Positions 1-13,431 of a stretch of DNA of 64,000 bases are shown here, in pieces. Location: the NCBI GenBank assembly GCA_905178155.1, contig CAJINV010000002.1, positions 3,300,515-3,364,514 of the forward strand, given 5' to 3'. Position 1 is the stretch's first letter, and the number at the start of each line of letters is the position of its first letter. Position numbers and translations under genes: made by a program. The stretch comes from Amoebophrya sp. A120 (lineage: Eukaryota > Protista > Dinoflagellata). The notes beneath the pieces were generated by a model. It saw only the letters and a program-made list of their open reading frames with translations. It was not told where the DNA came from and did no database searches.

Positions 1-1089
1 ATTTCGCCCAGGCCGGCGCATGGGCCGCCCGCCCGGGCGTACGAGATTGCCGGCGCCGACCAGCGGGGCGGGGCGCTAGCCGGGTGGGGCCCAGCCATTG
101 CTTGGGGTGCTTCCGCCGCTGGGCCGGCGGAGCCTTGTCTACCGCGGGTGGCCCGGCAGGGCGTCCCCCGTGCCCGCCTGCCCGTGTTTCTGGCCCAGCG
201 CCCCCCCCCCCCCCGCGGTGTTTGTGTGTTGATGCTGCGCCCCCGCTGCAGATTATGCGCAGGCGAGTGGTGGCGCCCGCGCCCGCCCGCGGGAGGTTGG
301 GGGGAGAGGGGGCTGCAATTAACAAATGGGGGCCGGACGCCACGTTTGTCGTTTTGATTGATCCGTCGTGGGCCCGGTCGCTTTTCCTCTGTGTTTTTCT
401 CAGCCGGCCGAGCAGCGATTCCCACGCACAAGGCCGGGCCACAGTGATACTTACACAGCTAGGCACCGACCTAGCGGTGCCTCGGGCAATTTTTTCTTGG
501 CGCCCCCTGCCTTGGTGTGTTCCGTGGAATCTGGATGCCCGTGCACAATTGCCCGAGATTTTCATCACATCCAGCAAACAGCTAGTAGGGACAAGGGCTT
601 TCCATTGCCATGGCTTTTTTTTTGATTGGTTTTGTAGAAGTGCTGAGAAAGCTAATGCTATGCCAACACTGTCCTGTATTAAATGCAAGTACTTTTGGAG
701 CATTATGTCGAAAAAATCCCAACAATGTGCCATCGGTTCACTTGGTGCAAGAAAGCTATGTCCTCTTTTTTCGCAACCGAGAGCCATTTCAGCGATATCT
801 GACGTTTTACTTTCTGTCACGAAATTTTTTTCCACCGAATATGCAACACTGTCTATTTTTGATGAGCATCCGTCGTCGTTCCTGTACTTACAAACAAGTT
901 AAGAAAAACGACAGCACTGTTCCCTAGTCCACTCAAGAGATCAACAATACACGTTGACTTGATCAATAAAACACGCTCACATAAGTTAAGGCTCGAGTTG
1001 GTGCGTTCATCACACCGCCTCGGCGTCAGCTCCGCTCCTTCCTCTTAACTACTAGATAATTTGAAGCAGTACTGCGAAACCTCAATAAA

Positions 1090-2883
1090 ATGTCGCACTT
1101 AACAAGAACACAGAGTGCACGAGGCATCAGAATGCTGTCGGCTTTAATTTTGGTTCACTTTTCCGATTTAGCCACATGGGTCACGCTCTGTCACTTACTC
1201 GCTACTGGGGCCACTTCTACATCCCCAACCCTGGCTTCTACGACCTTCTTTGCAGAAGCGCGCCTCACAAGGAAAATTCAACGGAAAGTAAAGAGCGACG
1301 CTGCTGCCCATCTAGCAGCTTCTGGTGTACTAGAAGAACAGCACCACATTCACAACGGCAACGGCGCACCAACCGGCGCCAGCAGCAGCAGCGCTTCGGG
1401 TTCATCAGCCGATGTTCCTGCAGAAGTAGAAATTGTTTCCACGACGAACTTACTAAAGCGAAAAGGGCCAGACAACTTCTCTGCAGAAGCGGAGGAGTTG
1501 AGAGAGCACCAGATTCTGCAGTTGCAGTCCCAGCTTCAGGATATTGAGGAAGATGTGAAAACCAAGGCCGCCATTGTGGAAAAATTGTTGCTGGGAGACG
1601 AAACAAGTGCAGCTGTAGAGACATTGCAGCAAGAGCTACACCGGCTAGAGCAGCACCAGCAAGAGCTCTTACCGCAACTAGTGAACTTGCAAGACGAGCA
1701 ACAAGCGGAAGCTTTAAAAAAGCAAAAACGCAAGGAACTGGAAGAAATCGAGCGAGCTGAAACCATCAAACTGCAGCAGCAATTCGAATTTCTGCACGCA
1801 AGTGGTGTTTTCAACGAGTATCAAATCGTCGAAGCGGGGGGCGACGGGAATTGTGGGCTGCACAGTGTCCAATACGCTTGCAGGCAAAACCCGTTCTGTG
1901 TGGCAGGCGTGTTGTACAAATATGGAGCAGATGAGGGGCAGCAGCTGTTGAATGACGTGCAAGTCCTCCGGACGAAAATGATGGAGCGCATTCGGGACCC
2001 GAATTTCGCACATAAAGAGCTTTTATCCTGTGCAAAAGTATCGCACTCGTACTAATTGCAGACATGCATTACAAATCTTGTTCTTTAGGTAAATCCGCAT
2101 TACAAATTTTATTTCTCATCATGCTGAGGAAATTTGTCTTACAAATTTCCTCAGCATGATGAGAAATGAAATCCTTATCCGCATGATGAGAAATGCATGA
2201 TGAGAAATGCATGAAATGCATTTATACGAGTGCGATACTTGTTTCGCAGTTCATAGCTTTCCCAGCGCGACGGGGGACTGCGGGTTGGGACCTGGGCCAA
2301 ACTTCGGTTGGAGGACTTCAATTCTGATAAAGGTGGAGAATGGAAGGACTTCGTGAAAAAGCAGGTTGCGAAAAAGCGGAAGAGCATGACAGAGTCCACT
2401 GCAGAAGCGGCCTCAGCGGAGCATCAGGGGGAGCGCAGCCAGGAGCAAATCACAGCTGAGCTTGAAAATCAGATGGGAGGCCACGAGGTCACGTGGGACG
2501 AATTTTTGGAGTATATGTCGCAGTCCGGCTCGCAAGTCACGGCCGAGGAAATCGGACCTCTTGCGCACGTATTGCAAGTAAACATCCGGGTTCTCGTCCG
2601 GAACCGGCAGACCTGTTCCGACGAGAAGCTGAAACAGCAAAGCCTCCACATCTTCCGCGACCGCGGCGATTTGATGACGGGTCTGGTGCCCGAGGTGTTT
2701 GAGAGGTACGGAAGCGGGCGGGGCTTGCAGGAGCTGCGGAGTTTGCAAAAGCCAATCCTTCAGTTGCACGGCGGGGTGCCGACCATTGTGATCATCAACG
2801 TTGGTGGGCATTACACGGCCGCGCTTCCCGTCGTGAAGGCGGAAGACATGGCCGCTCATGTCGCGCCTTCTGTTCGAAGATAG
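1090..2883 (+). CDS. OTU-like cysteine protease/deubiquitinase with hydrophobic N-terminus and coiled coil; exons ~1090-2023 and 2261-2883
   Basis: GGDGNCGLHS (catalytic Cys) in exon 1 and NVGGHYTA (catalytic His) in exon 2. Removing 2024-2255 plus one GCTTT gives the continuous frame HKELSQRDGG. Confidence 0.75.
2024..2255. mobile_element. Introner family A
   Basis: TATCCTGTGCAAAAGTATCG...CGCAGTTCATA, TSD GCTTT; contains an internal hairpin duplication. Confidence 0.9.
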
Positions 2884-5107
2884 AATTGGCGGCTGGATCT
2901 GTAGATGATATAGACCGCAGTTTTTGAAGATTTTTGGAGGACTGGAAGAAAAGGCTTCGTCATTTTCATCGTGTTTTGTTTATGATTATGTACAGCTCGA
3001 ACAATGAAAAATGACATCCACGTCTCGTTTCTCATGTCATGTACAGTCCAGTGTTGTTGTTTTGTAGCATAATTTTGCCTCATAGGATTAGGAAAAGACT
3101 TTATTTACAAGCATCACGCCGAGCATCGGCATATAACATAATGAACACATTTTCAAGTGGTTTCCACCAGTGTAGAATTTTCAACGGCAACGAACTACGC
3201 CACCATTGGCAAAGCGGCCGCATGAGGAAGAAAGCCTCGTCACTTTATGTTCACTCTTGGTAGCGCTAGCGATGCCAAATTCACCTTTTAGCGAGCGCAG
3301 CGGACCCACTGCAGTTTTATGCTTTATTTTAGTCCTGAAGCGGCCGCCGGTGCGGTTGGGCTTCGTCGCGCTCGCCTCCGGTCCCGCGGCGGGCGGGGGG
3401 GAGGCGGGGCGGGGGGGGCAAGTAATGGCGGGCCTTTCCAGGGCATCGCGGTTTATGACGTCCCCGCATTGATGGAGAAGGACTTGGACACCAAAACCCC
3501 GGCCGTTACTGAGCAACGCGCGGCGGCCATGACAACGCGCAAGACCAAAGCCAGCGCTACTTTGTTTCTTCGCCGAAGAACCGGAGGGAGATATGAGATC
3601 CCCTGACGTTGGTTGTTGGCGCCCGCCCCCGGTCTCTCTGCCCAGCTCGGGGCCCGCCTTCGGCTTCGTGCGCTGGCCCGTGTGGGCCCGACCCAGGGCG
3701 TTCGCCAGGTGCGACATATGCCTGAGCTTTGTTAATTTTCCGCCAGCCGACCGCGCCGCTTTTTTGCTGTTTTTCCGCGGCCGCCCAGTGGAAAGCCGTA
3801 TGGCCTTCCACCCACGGAAGAGATCAAAGACACCACGAAGGCGGATGCCGTTGCGATCTTGGCGCAGAAACCGCGCCAAAGCCTGGGAAAGCCCAGGGCG
3901 GGCCTGCGCGATCGATCCGGGAGGGCCGGGCCATGCAGCGCCCCCTCCCCCCGGGCGCCCGGGTCTATTCTTTGTTCCCGCAGGCTGGCCGGGTCGTGGG
4001 GGGGTGAATTAGAAGACCAAAGAAAAGGTGGCCGGCATCGATCGGGCGGGGGCCCTTGGCTAGTGAATTCGAAGGATGAGGAAACGAAGAGCGTGCCGCG
4101 CCAGGCCCCTGCCGCCCCTCTCTTACTTCCCCTGGCGCGCGCCCGCCGGCCGGGCCGCTTTTGGCTGGGTGCGTGCGCCCCACTCTGCGAGCAGGGGGGC
4201 CATTTTCTGGCGCGCCCGCCCCCTGCCGAGTGTTGCCATACGTCCGGCGCCTCCGTTGTTAATTACATCCTGGGCGCCCACGCCCGCCGCACACTCATGG
4301 GAAGGGGGGTGGGCGTTGGGGGTCTTTCTAAGCCCGGCAAGCCCCTGTCTCCCGTAGTTTAGTGTGTTGCCGGGTAATTCGGTGTCTGTTTGTCGCACGT
4401 AGAGAGCGCGCAGGCACACCTATCAGCGCAGCCTGCCTTTCGGGGGCGCGCCCGGCCCCAAGAGGCAGGTATCTTTTGTTGAGCAGGGCCCGTGTGTGTG
4501 GGCGGCCCGTGGTAAGGCCTGGCTCTTCCACGTCGTTGAGGACAGTCAATATAGCCCATCTCCGTGGCTGCATGGGTATGAAGTCCTTTGTCCAAGAAGA
4601 GCTTGATTGGCCAATTTTCTGCCACCCAGTGCTCGTGCGTGTGCTTGAACCCGAGACGAGCCGTTAGCATTGATTCGCCTCAGGCCCCGGGAACGGCCTA
4701 AAGTCAGGATTTCTTTCTCGATCCTCAGTCACTTCTCTTCGCGAAAGACTTGCCGCTCTCGTATGCGTATTTTGCGAAGTGTAGTCTCACGTCGTTTCAA
4801 CATTCATATTTACTTATCCAAAAGGAAAAGACCGACAAAACAGAAATAAAGCCAAGCGAGGACGAGCGCACTAGCCCAGCTCTCTACGTTGCATCTAGCA
4901 GCGTCTTCGTCTGGATTCGTGCTCTGTAGCTATGGCCATCCGCACCAGCATGCCAACCTTATCCACGGTGTCATAAAGAGATAGCTTATCTTCTTGCGCG
5001 AGCACCTGCGTTAGAAACTTGTCGCCCTTTTTTTGGCCGCAACAAATGAAATGCGTTTCCACCGTCCGCAGGAGAGTAGCTGCCTTCTGTGAAAACAACA
5101 TAGAACC

Positions 5108-8100
5108 ATGACAACTCCACCGGTCCGAGTGTTTCGCTTTGCGCATGATCTCCCACAAATGTGCGACGCGGATCGCTCACGCTTGCAAGCAGTCGCTCCT
5201 GCCCGTGCCTCCTCCGCGAACACCAGGCTGGTGATGTTTTCTTCGTTTTGCTTCTTGTTTACCAGCGGTCCAGTAGCGCACGCCACCTTCGTTTTTCCGC
5301 AGGAAGTAGAGCAAGCGCCTGTGGGCCACGAAGATGCCCTCGTCGTGGATCGCCACTACGGGTCTACGCTTTCGTCTCGACCACTGCAAGTGTCCGACAG
5401 CATAATCTCTAATGCAAGTAGGACGTCTAGTACTTCAAGAGTAGCATCAAATTCAAACGACCCGGAGCAAGTAGCAAGAACTTCGGTAGAAGCGCGTGGC
5501 ACTAGTACCGGACCACAAACAACAGCAGCGCACCCAGGTTCTTCGGAACACCAGCAGCAGCTCCACCAGCAGGCGCCTCTCCCAAAGAGAACAAACGCAG
5601 TGGACAATTTCTTTCACGGCTTGCGAAACGGCTGGTCTAGGCTGTTTGCAGAGAATAATGGCAATGATAGTGCGTCGAATGCCGGGCGTGGCTATCACGT
5701 TCATGGCACGAGCTCCACCTCCTCGCCGAATGTCAATCCCGCGTCTGCGCGACATAATTTTGCTCCACATACCGCACGGGCCCGGTTGATGGAGGTTCAG
5801 GGACCCCCATCAGCATCACCCGGCACTGGAACTGGTGGAATCCCCTTTGGGCCAAGAGACAATCCCGCAGGAGAACAACCTCTTTCTTCATCGTCTCAAG
5901 GTTGCATTACCAGGACGACTTCTGCGACCACGTCTAGGGGGCACAACGTCAACAACAGTCGGGGATACAAGAATTCAGGGGAAAAAAATGGAAATGCACC
6001 TGGAGCGTCAACTTTTTTTCTGCACCGAAATAACAGCTCCACCTCGTCGAACAACCACGCCAATGGTAATCATGTTCGGTCCACTGCCTCGTTGGGGTTC
6101 TTCCTGGACCCGCCACAAGAACGATCCGCAGTGCCGCAAATCCCAGCCGTTGTGCAGCCGAAGTGGAGAAAAGATGCGTTGATGAATGTGGAGGCTTATC
6201 AAAATGAAAAAAGCCCCCACCCCATATCAAATGGGAAATCTGTGATGCAGGATTTGTGTACATAAATGTGCGCTGTCTTGCAATACGGCATCGCAGCCAG
6301 ATCCGCAGCCTAGGGAGGGGCGTTTGGGTCTAGGTGCTTAGCATTACAAACGGCTCCCCTTTAGGCCTAACAGCATGACAAATCGCCGCCATAATGGGGC
6401 GGAAGCTTCTGCCCTTGTCTTCTTGCAAGACAAGACGCGACTTGTGACCTCAAATCCGCAACACAAATTTTTGGAAGCATACCTTTTCAATATGGGGAGG
6501 GGGGATTTTTCCTCTCAATAAGGCTCGTCCGACGTTCACCGATGATGAGGAGGAGGAGGAGGAAGATGCGAAAACCATTCCACCTCTACCCGCCAGAGGA
6601 TATCAAAAATCGCACAGTATTAACGGGCTGGTGCAGCAGCTACCAGCACCAGAAGTGAGTAACAAAAACATGGCCGGCGCGTACCACTCCAGAAGGAATC
6701 TCGCGAGACGTCAGTCGGAGAATGCAAATTCTGCAGCTGGAAGTGTTTCAAGTTCAACCGCATCTCAGCATCAGCTAAACGAAGAAGTTGACGAGAAGGC
6801 ATCCACGACCCTTTGCTCGATGGACACTGAATCGATCAACTCCGATTGCCTACTGCTGCGCCGCATCGGAGGTACTACGACTGGGGGAACGGGAACAGGA
6901 GCAACTACCTCAACAGGAAATAGCAACAAGACTGGGAGGAAACAGAATGTGCCTGGCTACCATCACCACCTCACTCTCAGTGGTGAAGAAGTAGAACAAG
7001 ACGCGACTCCCAGCACGGAGATCGACAGTCCGGGGTGGGGAAATTTAAGCACCCGCCCACCGACCTGCGCGTCAACTTTGAGTTCCGTTGCTGCGTCACC
7101 GATAGGCGCTGCCGGGACTGGAGGAGGTGCTGGGGGTTATAATCCGTACCAGGGAGGAGCAGGAGCTCCTGCGGGCGACTACCTTTTGAACAAGTCTGGG
7201 GACAACTATGGTGCAGCCACATCGAAGCGGGTCGGAAATAAGAGGCCGTCCAGCTGCACAAGTTCCAGCAGTTGTTGTTCAACGACCACGGGCGGTTATC
7301 AAAATCACTTAAGTCCAGGCCAAGGAGCCGCGTCATCAACTACTTCATGCGGCGGCTACCGGTCCTCCGCGACGCAGAAACAGCTGTTTCGAAGGGGTGA
7401 GTCGACTGTCAGCACGAGGTGTCCGGACAGTTCCTGCTGTGCGGCGTCTACTTCTACATCTACTGCGAGGTCCTCCTGCTCCCGAGGAAGGGAAATAAAT
7501 CGAGGCGAAGAACGGGAGCGCTACGCGTTTTTCTCTTCTTCCGATGAAATGGAGCAGGCTGGTTGCTGTGCTGGTCGTGTAGAGGAAGATCAAGAGAATT
7601 TGCAGGAAGAGTGCTGTCGGACGGAAACGGAATCGCAGCTGCAAAATATTAACCAAGATCAGCAGCACAGCGTCAACAACGCGTCGTCGGCGAGAGTGGA
7701 AAAATCCGGGCACAATAACTATCCAGATTCTTCAGAGCAGACCTACATCAAGCCCATTGAAAACCACATCCCGGAGCCACCTTGCGTTGGATCAGAGATG
7801 CAGCGAGATCACTTGCAGCTATTAAGGGATAATGCAGGGACAGCTACCGGGACATCAATTGGGTGTGTCGACGGAAGGGAGCATGATGAGCAGCCACCTG
7901 TTCTTCCCCCGGTGGCGTCCTCTGTGCTGCACCAGTCAGTAGTGTCCTCTGATGTTGTCCCTGTCCAACCTCCGGCTGCGACTGCTTCAGCAATCGCCCG
8001 AAACGCAGCCCTGCTACAACTACCGATAAAAAGAACAGCTGCCGGTCATGCTCATGCACCCTCCGGGAGGAAGCAGGCCAAGGCGGTGCAGCTTCTACTA

Positions 8101-10551
8101 CTTCCGGGAGTTGAGTCGAAGAAAAGGGAGGAAGAAAAGTTGAGGGAAAAGCAGGAGATGGATCAGGAGGAAAAAAAACAAGACGATTTGCGGTTGCGGC
8201 AGCTGCTCTCGAACACACAACCAACAGAAGACGAACAATACGAGATGATTCCCGGCGGCTCTACTGGACACATCATTCCTAGCCCTCTGTTTGTTCGTGG
8301 TGAAGAAGACCTTCACTTGCGGGCACTTGAACGCATCCGGCAAGAAGAAAGGGATCAGAAAGCATTAGGAGTAGGAGAACCTCTCAGCGATAACTTCTAC
8401 GATGGGAACAACATAAAAATTGCGACTTTGAATGCGAACGAGCAACAAAAAAACTTCCATTACGGTACATACGGCACGACGCAACCGCCCTTGCAATTGC
8501 CGATCAAGTCGAAAGTTTTCAAAGACAGCGACGGGCTGAAGAAGCAGATCTCCCTCTTCTCCGCCTTTGTGAATACCCAGACGAAACAGGTGCAGCCGGA
8601 AAACGATATTGCTCTGGGAACAGTCGTCTTGAACGAGAAAATAAACCCGATGAGACGAACGCTCAACATTGCCAGCCGGGGGTTCGGGTTTCGATCGCAG
8701 ACTGGTGGAGAAAATAAATCGGCATCGCAAGCAGCTGCACATGAAGAGGCCGACGAGCCGCATACTCCGGTAAAATCCTACGTGGCCGCACTTCAGCAAC
8801 AACAGCAGCAGGACGAGCCGCACAGTCCGGTAAAATCCTACGTGGCCGCACAGCAGCAGGGCCGCAGCAGCACATCCTCACAGTATCTTTTGACAAAGCC
8901 AGCAAGTAGTCGAGCGGGTGGTCCTTGTGGTCATGACAACATCATTCCAAAATCGCTCCAATTTCCCGCAGAGCTTCTTGCCGAGCCTACCCCGGACGAA
9001 GTCCAAATCAAAAAGCAACTAGAGCAGGACATTGTCCTCGAAACGGTGAGGGTAGTCGAGTGCAATTTGCCGTTGTTGAAGAGAAATTTGATGCGAGCAG
9101 CTTCTAACGGCAGGACGAGGTCCGCGGGGAGTTTCGTCAGCGGTGTGGATAGTGAGGAGGACATTGCGAAGCTGCGGTATTTGGAATTTGAGGAGATGGC
9201 GAAGAGGCTAGTCCAATCGGTCACCTACCGGATCAAAACGAGTCAGCACTACCGGAAAGTACCGAGGGAGGAGCACGAACAGGCGTGGGATAACGGGCAA
9301 GAGGATCCGAGGGGGCTGCTCAGTGAAGAAGAGAAGGTGAAACAGAAGTTTTTGAACCGATTGCTGCGGGAAGAACAGGCAAAAGTGTTCGGGTCTCCTG
9401 GGTGGAGCGAAGATGCTTCGTACGCCACGTCGGGCACAACCTCCGCATTTACTCCGTCTGACAGTCCGACTGCTGAACCGGGTAGTGATGACACAGCCGA
9501 CTTGAAGAACAGCGACATGGAAATGGGAGAAGAAGCAGCTGCGGATGTTGATGAAGCATCTAGATCTACAGAAGAAACTCAAGATAAAAATTGGATCACC
9601 TGGGAGTCGCTCGCCCGAAAATTTCTCTCTACCTTCTACACGACGTCTCCGGCCGCGCACTCGAGTGCCTCGGCTTCCATGGACTATGTCGCGGTGTACT
9701 TTACCCCGCAACAAGATCGGATGCGACGGCATGATGCGGGAGGAGCAGCATCATTCGGCAGTCGACAAACGTCCGCGCAGTCTACTACATCTAGCACCAT
9801 AACGTCCTCCGGGGGTGGAACTGGAACAACAGAGTCGAATTCTCGAAGTTCCTTCTCCCGTTGCAGCAGTACCACAAGTACAGTTTCCTCCATGTCCTCC
9901 AACGGGTTTCTTGACGACAGCACTATCGCCGGAGTGAGCAATAAGAAATTAGAAACCTTCTTCGTCCAGCGATTCATCAAACGGGCTTTGCAGGGTCGGA
10001 TTTTCAGGAGACGCGCGAGAGACTACTTGGCGGACCAACATTTGTTTTTCGTGGACAACAAGGCGCTAGCCGGGATTTGCATGCGGTTTTTTGAATGGGC
10101 CGAATATGATTTGCTGCCGTTGTTCAACAAAAATGCGAATAAGAATGCGACAACCTCGAATTCAGGATCAGCAGCAGCAGCAGCATCACAAGGTGGAATA
10201 GTACAACCGCAGCAAGAAGTAGTTTCACGCAGTACCAACTCACAGAACACCCTAGAAACCGCCTGCGATCCTACCGCGAACGCCTGGACAATTCAGCAAG
10301 TATATGACGCAGTGGCCACGACTTTGTACGTATTCCTCTACCACGCAGCGGAATCCATGCCAGTAGCCGGGTATAACACCGAGTCCGCGCGGCAGGGTGC
10401 AGTGCTAATCACAAACGAGGATAGGGAGCAATTTGTGTTGTCCATCATGCTACGGTCTTTTCGCAGATTTCTCTCCGGGGAGAGGGTGACCATTGCTCCT
10501 CTGCCTGCCAGTGTTCATCCTACGCCGGCACCGATGGGGATTCTGCCGTGA
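5108..10551 (+). CDS. Large low-complexity S/T/Q-rich protein of unknown function; exons ~5108-6196 and 6526-10551
   Basis: The 385-aa and 1306-aa ORFs join in frame (NVEARPTFTDDEEE) after removing 6197-6520 plus AGGCT. Confidence 0.7.
6197..6520. mobile_element. Introner family B
   Basis: TATCAAAATGAAAAAAGCCCCCACCCCATAT...ATATGGGGAGGGGGGATTTTTCCTCTCAATA, TSD AGGCT. Confidence 0.9.
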
Positions 10552-12056
10552 GGAGGAGTGACTGTTTGTATTCTTTAGTCTTGAGTCTATTAAAGCCTAC
10601 CTTCGCGTGCCATCGAGTGCAGCAGAAAAAATCCTCCCTACTTTATTTTTTCGCACGTTAGGTGCAGCTTCTTTTTTTGCTTTTCAAGAAATACAATAAG
10701 CTTTGAGAATACACGACGAGGTCCAGGAGCAAGACAAGCACTAGTTCGAGTCTCGTACTGTTGCATGTCTTTGTCTTTCGGCTACGCTCCAACCTCGTCG
10801 GTTCTCTGACAATTCATTAAGTATCGTTGCTTCGCTTTCACAGCTGCAATTTCAATCTCGTATTTATACTACAGTTTACGTTCTCTCTCACATCGAAATG
10901 CAATATTACTTCAAGTAGCGTTTTCAGTACAGTGCTTGTCACGTTTTCAGTTTACAATAGTTTCAGCAATGTATGGCGTCGAGGTACGTGCGAAATGGAA
11001 ATCCTAATCCACCTTTTGCAGTGCCACGACTTCATCGAGAAGTAGTTTCCTAGTCTGACAAATGCACCACGATCCGAACCAAGGCCAGGGAGATGCCCAC
11101 CAGTGTGAGTATAAATTTCAAGTGCTTGAGTCGTCCTTTTTTTACACTCCTTGCGCTTAGTGCCACAACGAACTACAAATGCGAAATTTCAATTTCAAGC
11201 CCAATGTTAGTACAATGAAATGCACGCACCTTGTTGCACTCACCCAGCAGGAGCTCCTAGCTGTAGCTCTACTTTGACTTTCACAGATATAAAATGAACC
11301 TAGTATCTAGCGCCCCGAACTACACTTGTGGCACTCTGTTGAATAATTTGAGCGTCTCCGACCGCGCCACCACCACGACCACGTCGTCCACAACTAAATC
11401 ATGCAAAGGTACATTTTGCTATTGCTTGTGGATAAAACTATACCTCTGCCGCGGAAAATAAGTGGTGCAGGACGAGCTGGTGCCTAGTACTGAGATACAA
11501 ACCCAACGAATCTTTTTCTGCAGGTGATGTCCCTGGTCTGCCAAACCCAAAGAACAAGAATTCTATACGTAATTTGCGAACTTCGAAAGCTGTAGCAGTA
11601 GCGCACGGCAGCTGACACGTGGTCGCTCCAGTAGCTGGTCTTGAAAACCCTGCGATGGATAGTAGAAGTTCGTGTTAATCCACTTCATCAAAAGCTGCCA
11701 GCATCTACTTCTAGGCGCAACATAAGTAATTCGAGAGTGATGAAATAAGTACACACCACTCGTGGGAAAGTCATCAGTCCACATAGATTTTTTCTGGGTT
11801 GCGCATATCCTTCATGTGTGCGGTCGTTAACCTACTAGTCGCTTCTTGATATACCAGAAAAGGTATCGCAATCGCTCGTAAGGGGGATGGCAATCTTTTT
11901 TGTTTAACGGGGGCAAGAAGAAGCTCTTATTTGCTGATGACATGCTTTTTGACTGATGTAGAGGTGAATAGCACAAGCGAGAGACTAAAGCGCCGTCACG
12001 AAGCCGCTTGGTGTAGACCACGAGCGCCTTCTATTGTCTAGCAAGAATTTCCAATC

Positions 12057-12806
12057 ATGGTAACATCACTCGCATTCCGACAGCACGCTAGGATACCAAA
12101 AAATGTTGCGACCACGTCGTCCTGTCGCTTGTTCAGCGTCGCTTCGCGAGGCAGTTCCTGCAGTAGTTGCTCGACCAGTGCCTCAACATCTTCACGAGGA
12201 CCTCCTCACCGATGTTGGGTAAAAAATCCTCTTGTTGGTCGAGCGGCACGAAATCCGCGTTCGCAAAGCGTTTATTTCTCAACATCATCTTTTACAACAA
12301 ACCGCACATCAATCCGCCACTTCAGCGACTTTTTCAAGGACATCAAGCGCCCAGTTTACCCGCAATACGCCACCGATGCCGACGAACCACTGGAAAAGCC
12401 GCACAAAGTGAAAACCATCGAGGTCACCTTCCCGGGACAGGAGAACAATCCATCGGCGAAACCGTTGATCAAGCAAGTGGATCAACTGAACCACAAAAGA
12501 CTAGTGCAAGTTTTCCAGGAATACGAGACGGAAATCCCGGTGGAAGCGGCTTGTGACGGGATCGCGGCCTGTTCCACCTGTCACTGCTACATCCACGAAG
12601 AGGATTACAAACTCTTCCCGGAACCAGACTACGCAGAGTTGGACATGCTCGACCTCGCCGCGGACCCGGTGGAAGGGAGGAGTCGGCTCGCTTGTCAGAT
12701 GAAACTACACGAATTCAAGGGTGGGGAAAACGGAAGGATCAGGCTGACGTTACCGAGGTACTGTAACAATCTGATGGACTTCATCCCGTTTGAGGATCCG
12801 AAGTGA
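12057..12806 (+). CDS. Mitochondrial adrenodoxin-type 2Fe-2S ferredoxin, intronless
   Basis: ACDGIAACSTCH, ELDMLDLA and SRLACQ motifs; S/R-rich N-terminal presequence. Confidence 0.92.
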   Translation: MVTSLAFRQHARIPKNVATTSSCRLFSVASRGSSCSSCSTSASTSSRGPPHRCWVKNPLVGRAARNPRSQSVYFSTSSFTTNRTSIRHFSDFFKDIKRPVYPQYATDADEPLEKPHKVKTIEVTFPGQENNPSAKPLIKQVDQLNHKRLVQVFQEYETEIPVEAACDGIAACSTCHCYIHEEDYKLFPEPDYAELDMLDLAADPVEGRSRLACQMKLHEFKGGENGRIRLTLPRYCNNLMDFIPFEDPK

Positions 12807-13431
12807 GAAGTAAGTACAACCGTGCGGCAAGTGGTCTAAGTACGATGGCGTTCTGCAGCGGTAAAAATAAAGAAACTTCTCGATGAATTCAATTTCTAGG
12901 TATAGTTTCTGACTGCAAAGGTACATCGATGATGAGGCAACACCCTGGGTTATTTGGTGCGATAGCAATAGCAGTAGGAGTGTTCTCGGAATAAGTCTGT
13001 GCAATAACGCACCGATAGTGCTGTTGGGCTCGGTCTGCGATCCCGCTTTACATTTTTTCTCTTCGTGTTGATATAAATACTAGTGTTTCTTGAGTTTCAG
13101 TAGATTACAAGATCGGAGATATGGTTGGTTCTACTTTTTCGTGATCGTGCCTGTTTAAAGATATGAAAACAAATCTGACGAGTCGTGCAAGAAGTCTAAG
13201 TATCAAGTCACGATCAACGAGATAGTAATCGAGAAGATCGAGCAGACGACAAAAGGATCTACTCTAAAGACTTGGTAGTTGTAGACTTTGGTGAGCACTA
13301 CCTGCGCATTCGACGCAAAACCAACTCTTTGTTCCTGCTCTCGAACAAGAATACACGCGTTTTGACATGCTGTAGGTTTTCTTATCTTGGATTTACCTTT
13401 ATTGCCTACGCAAACCGCTAGCTGCAACATC

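Noticed and set aside
84-4670. ORFs in the GC-rich blocks (84-902, 3181-4670)
   Set aside because: They overlap in many frames, are composition-driven and have no recognisable domains.
8752-8860. DEPH(T/S)PVKSYVAA duplication as an element
   Set aside because: It is a simple in-frame two-copy coding repeat without TIRs or TSD.
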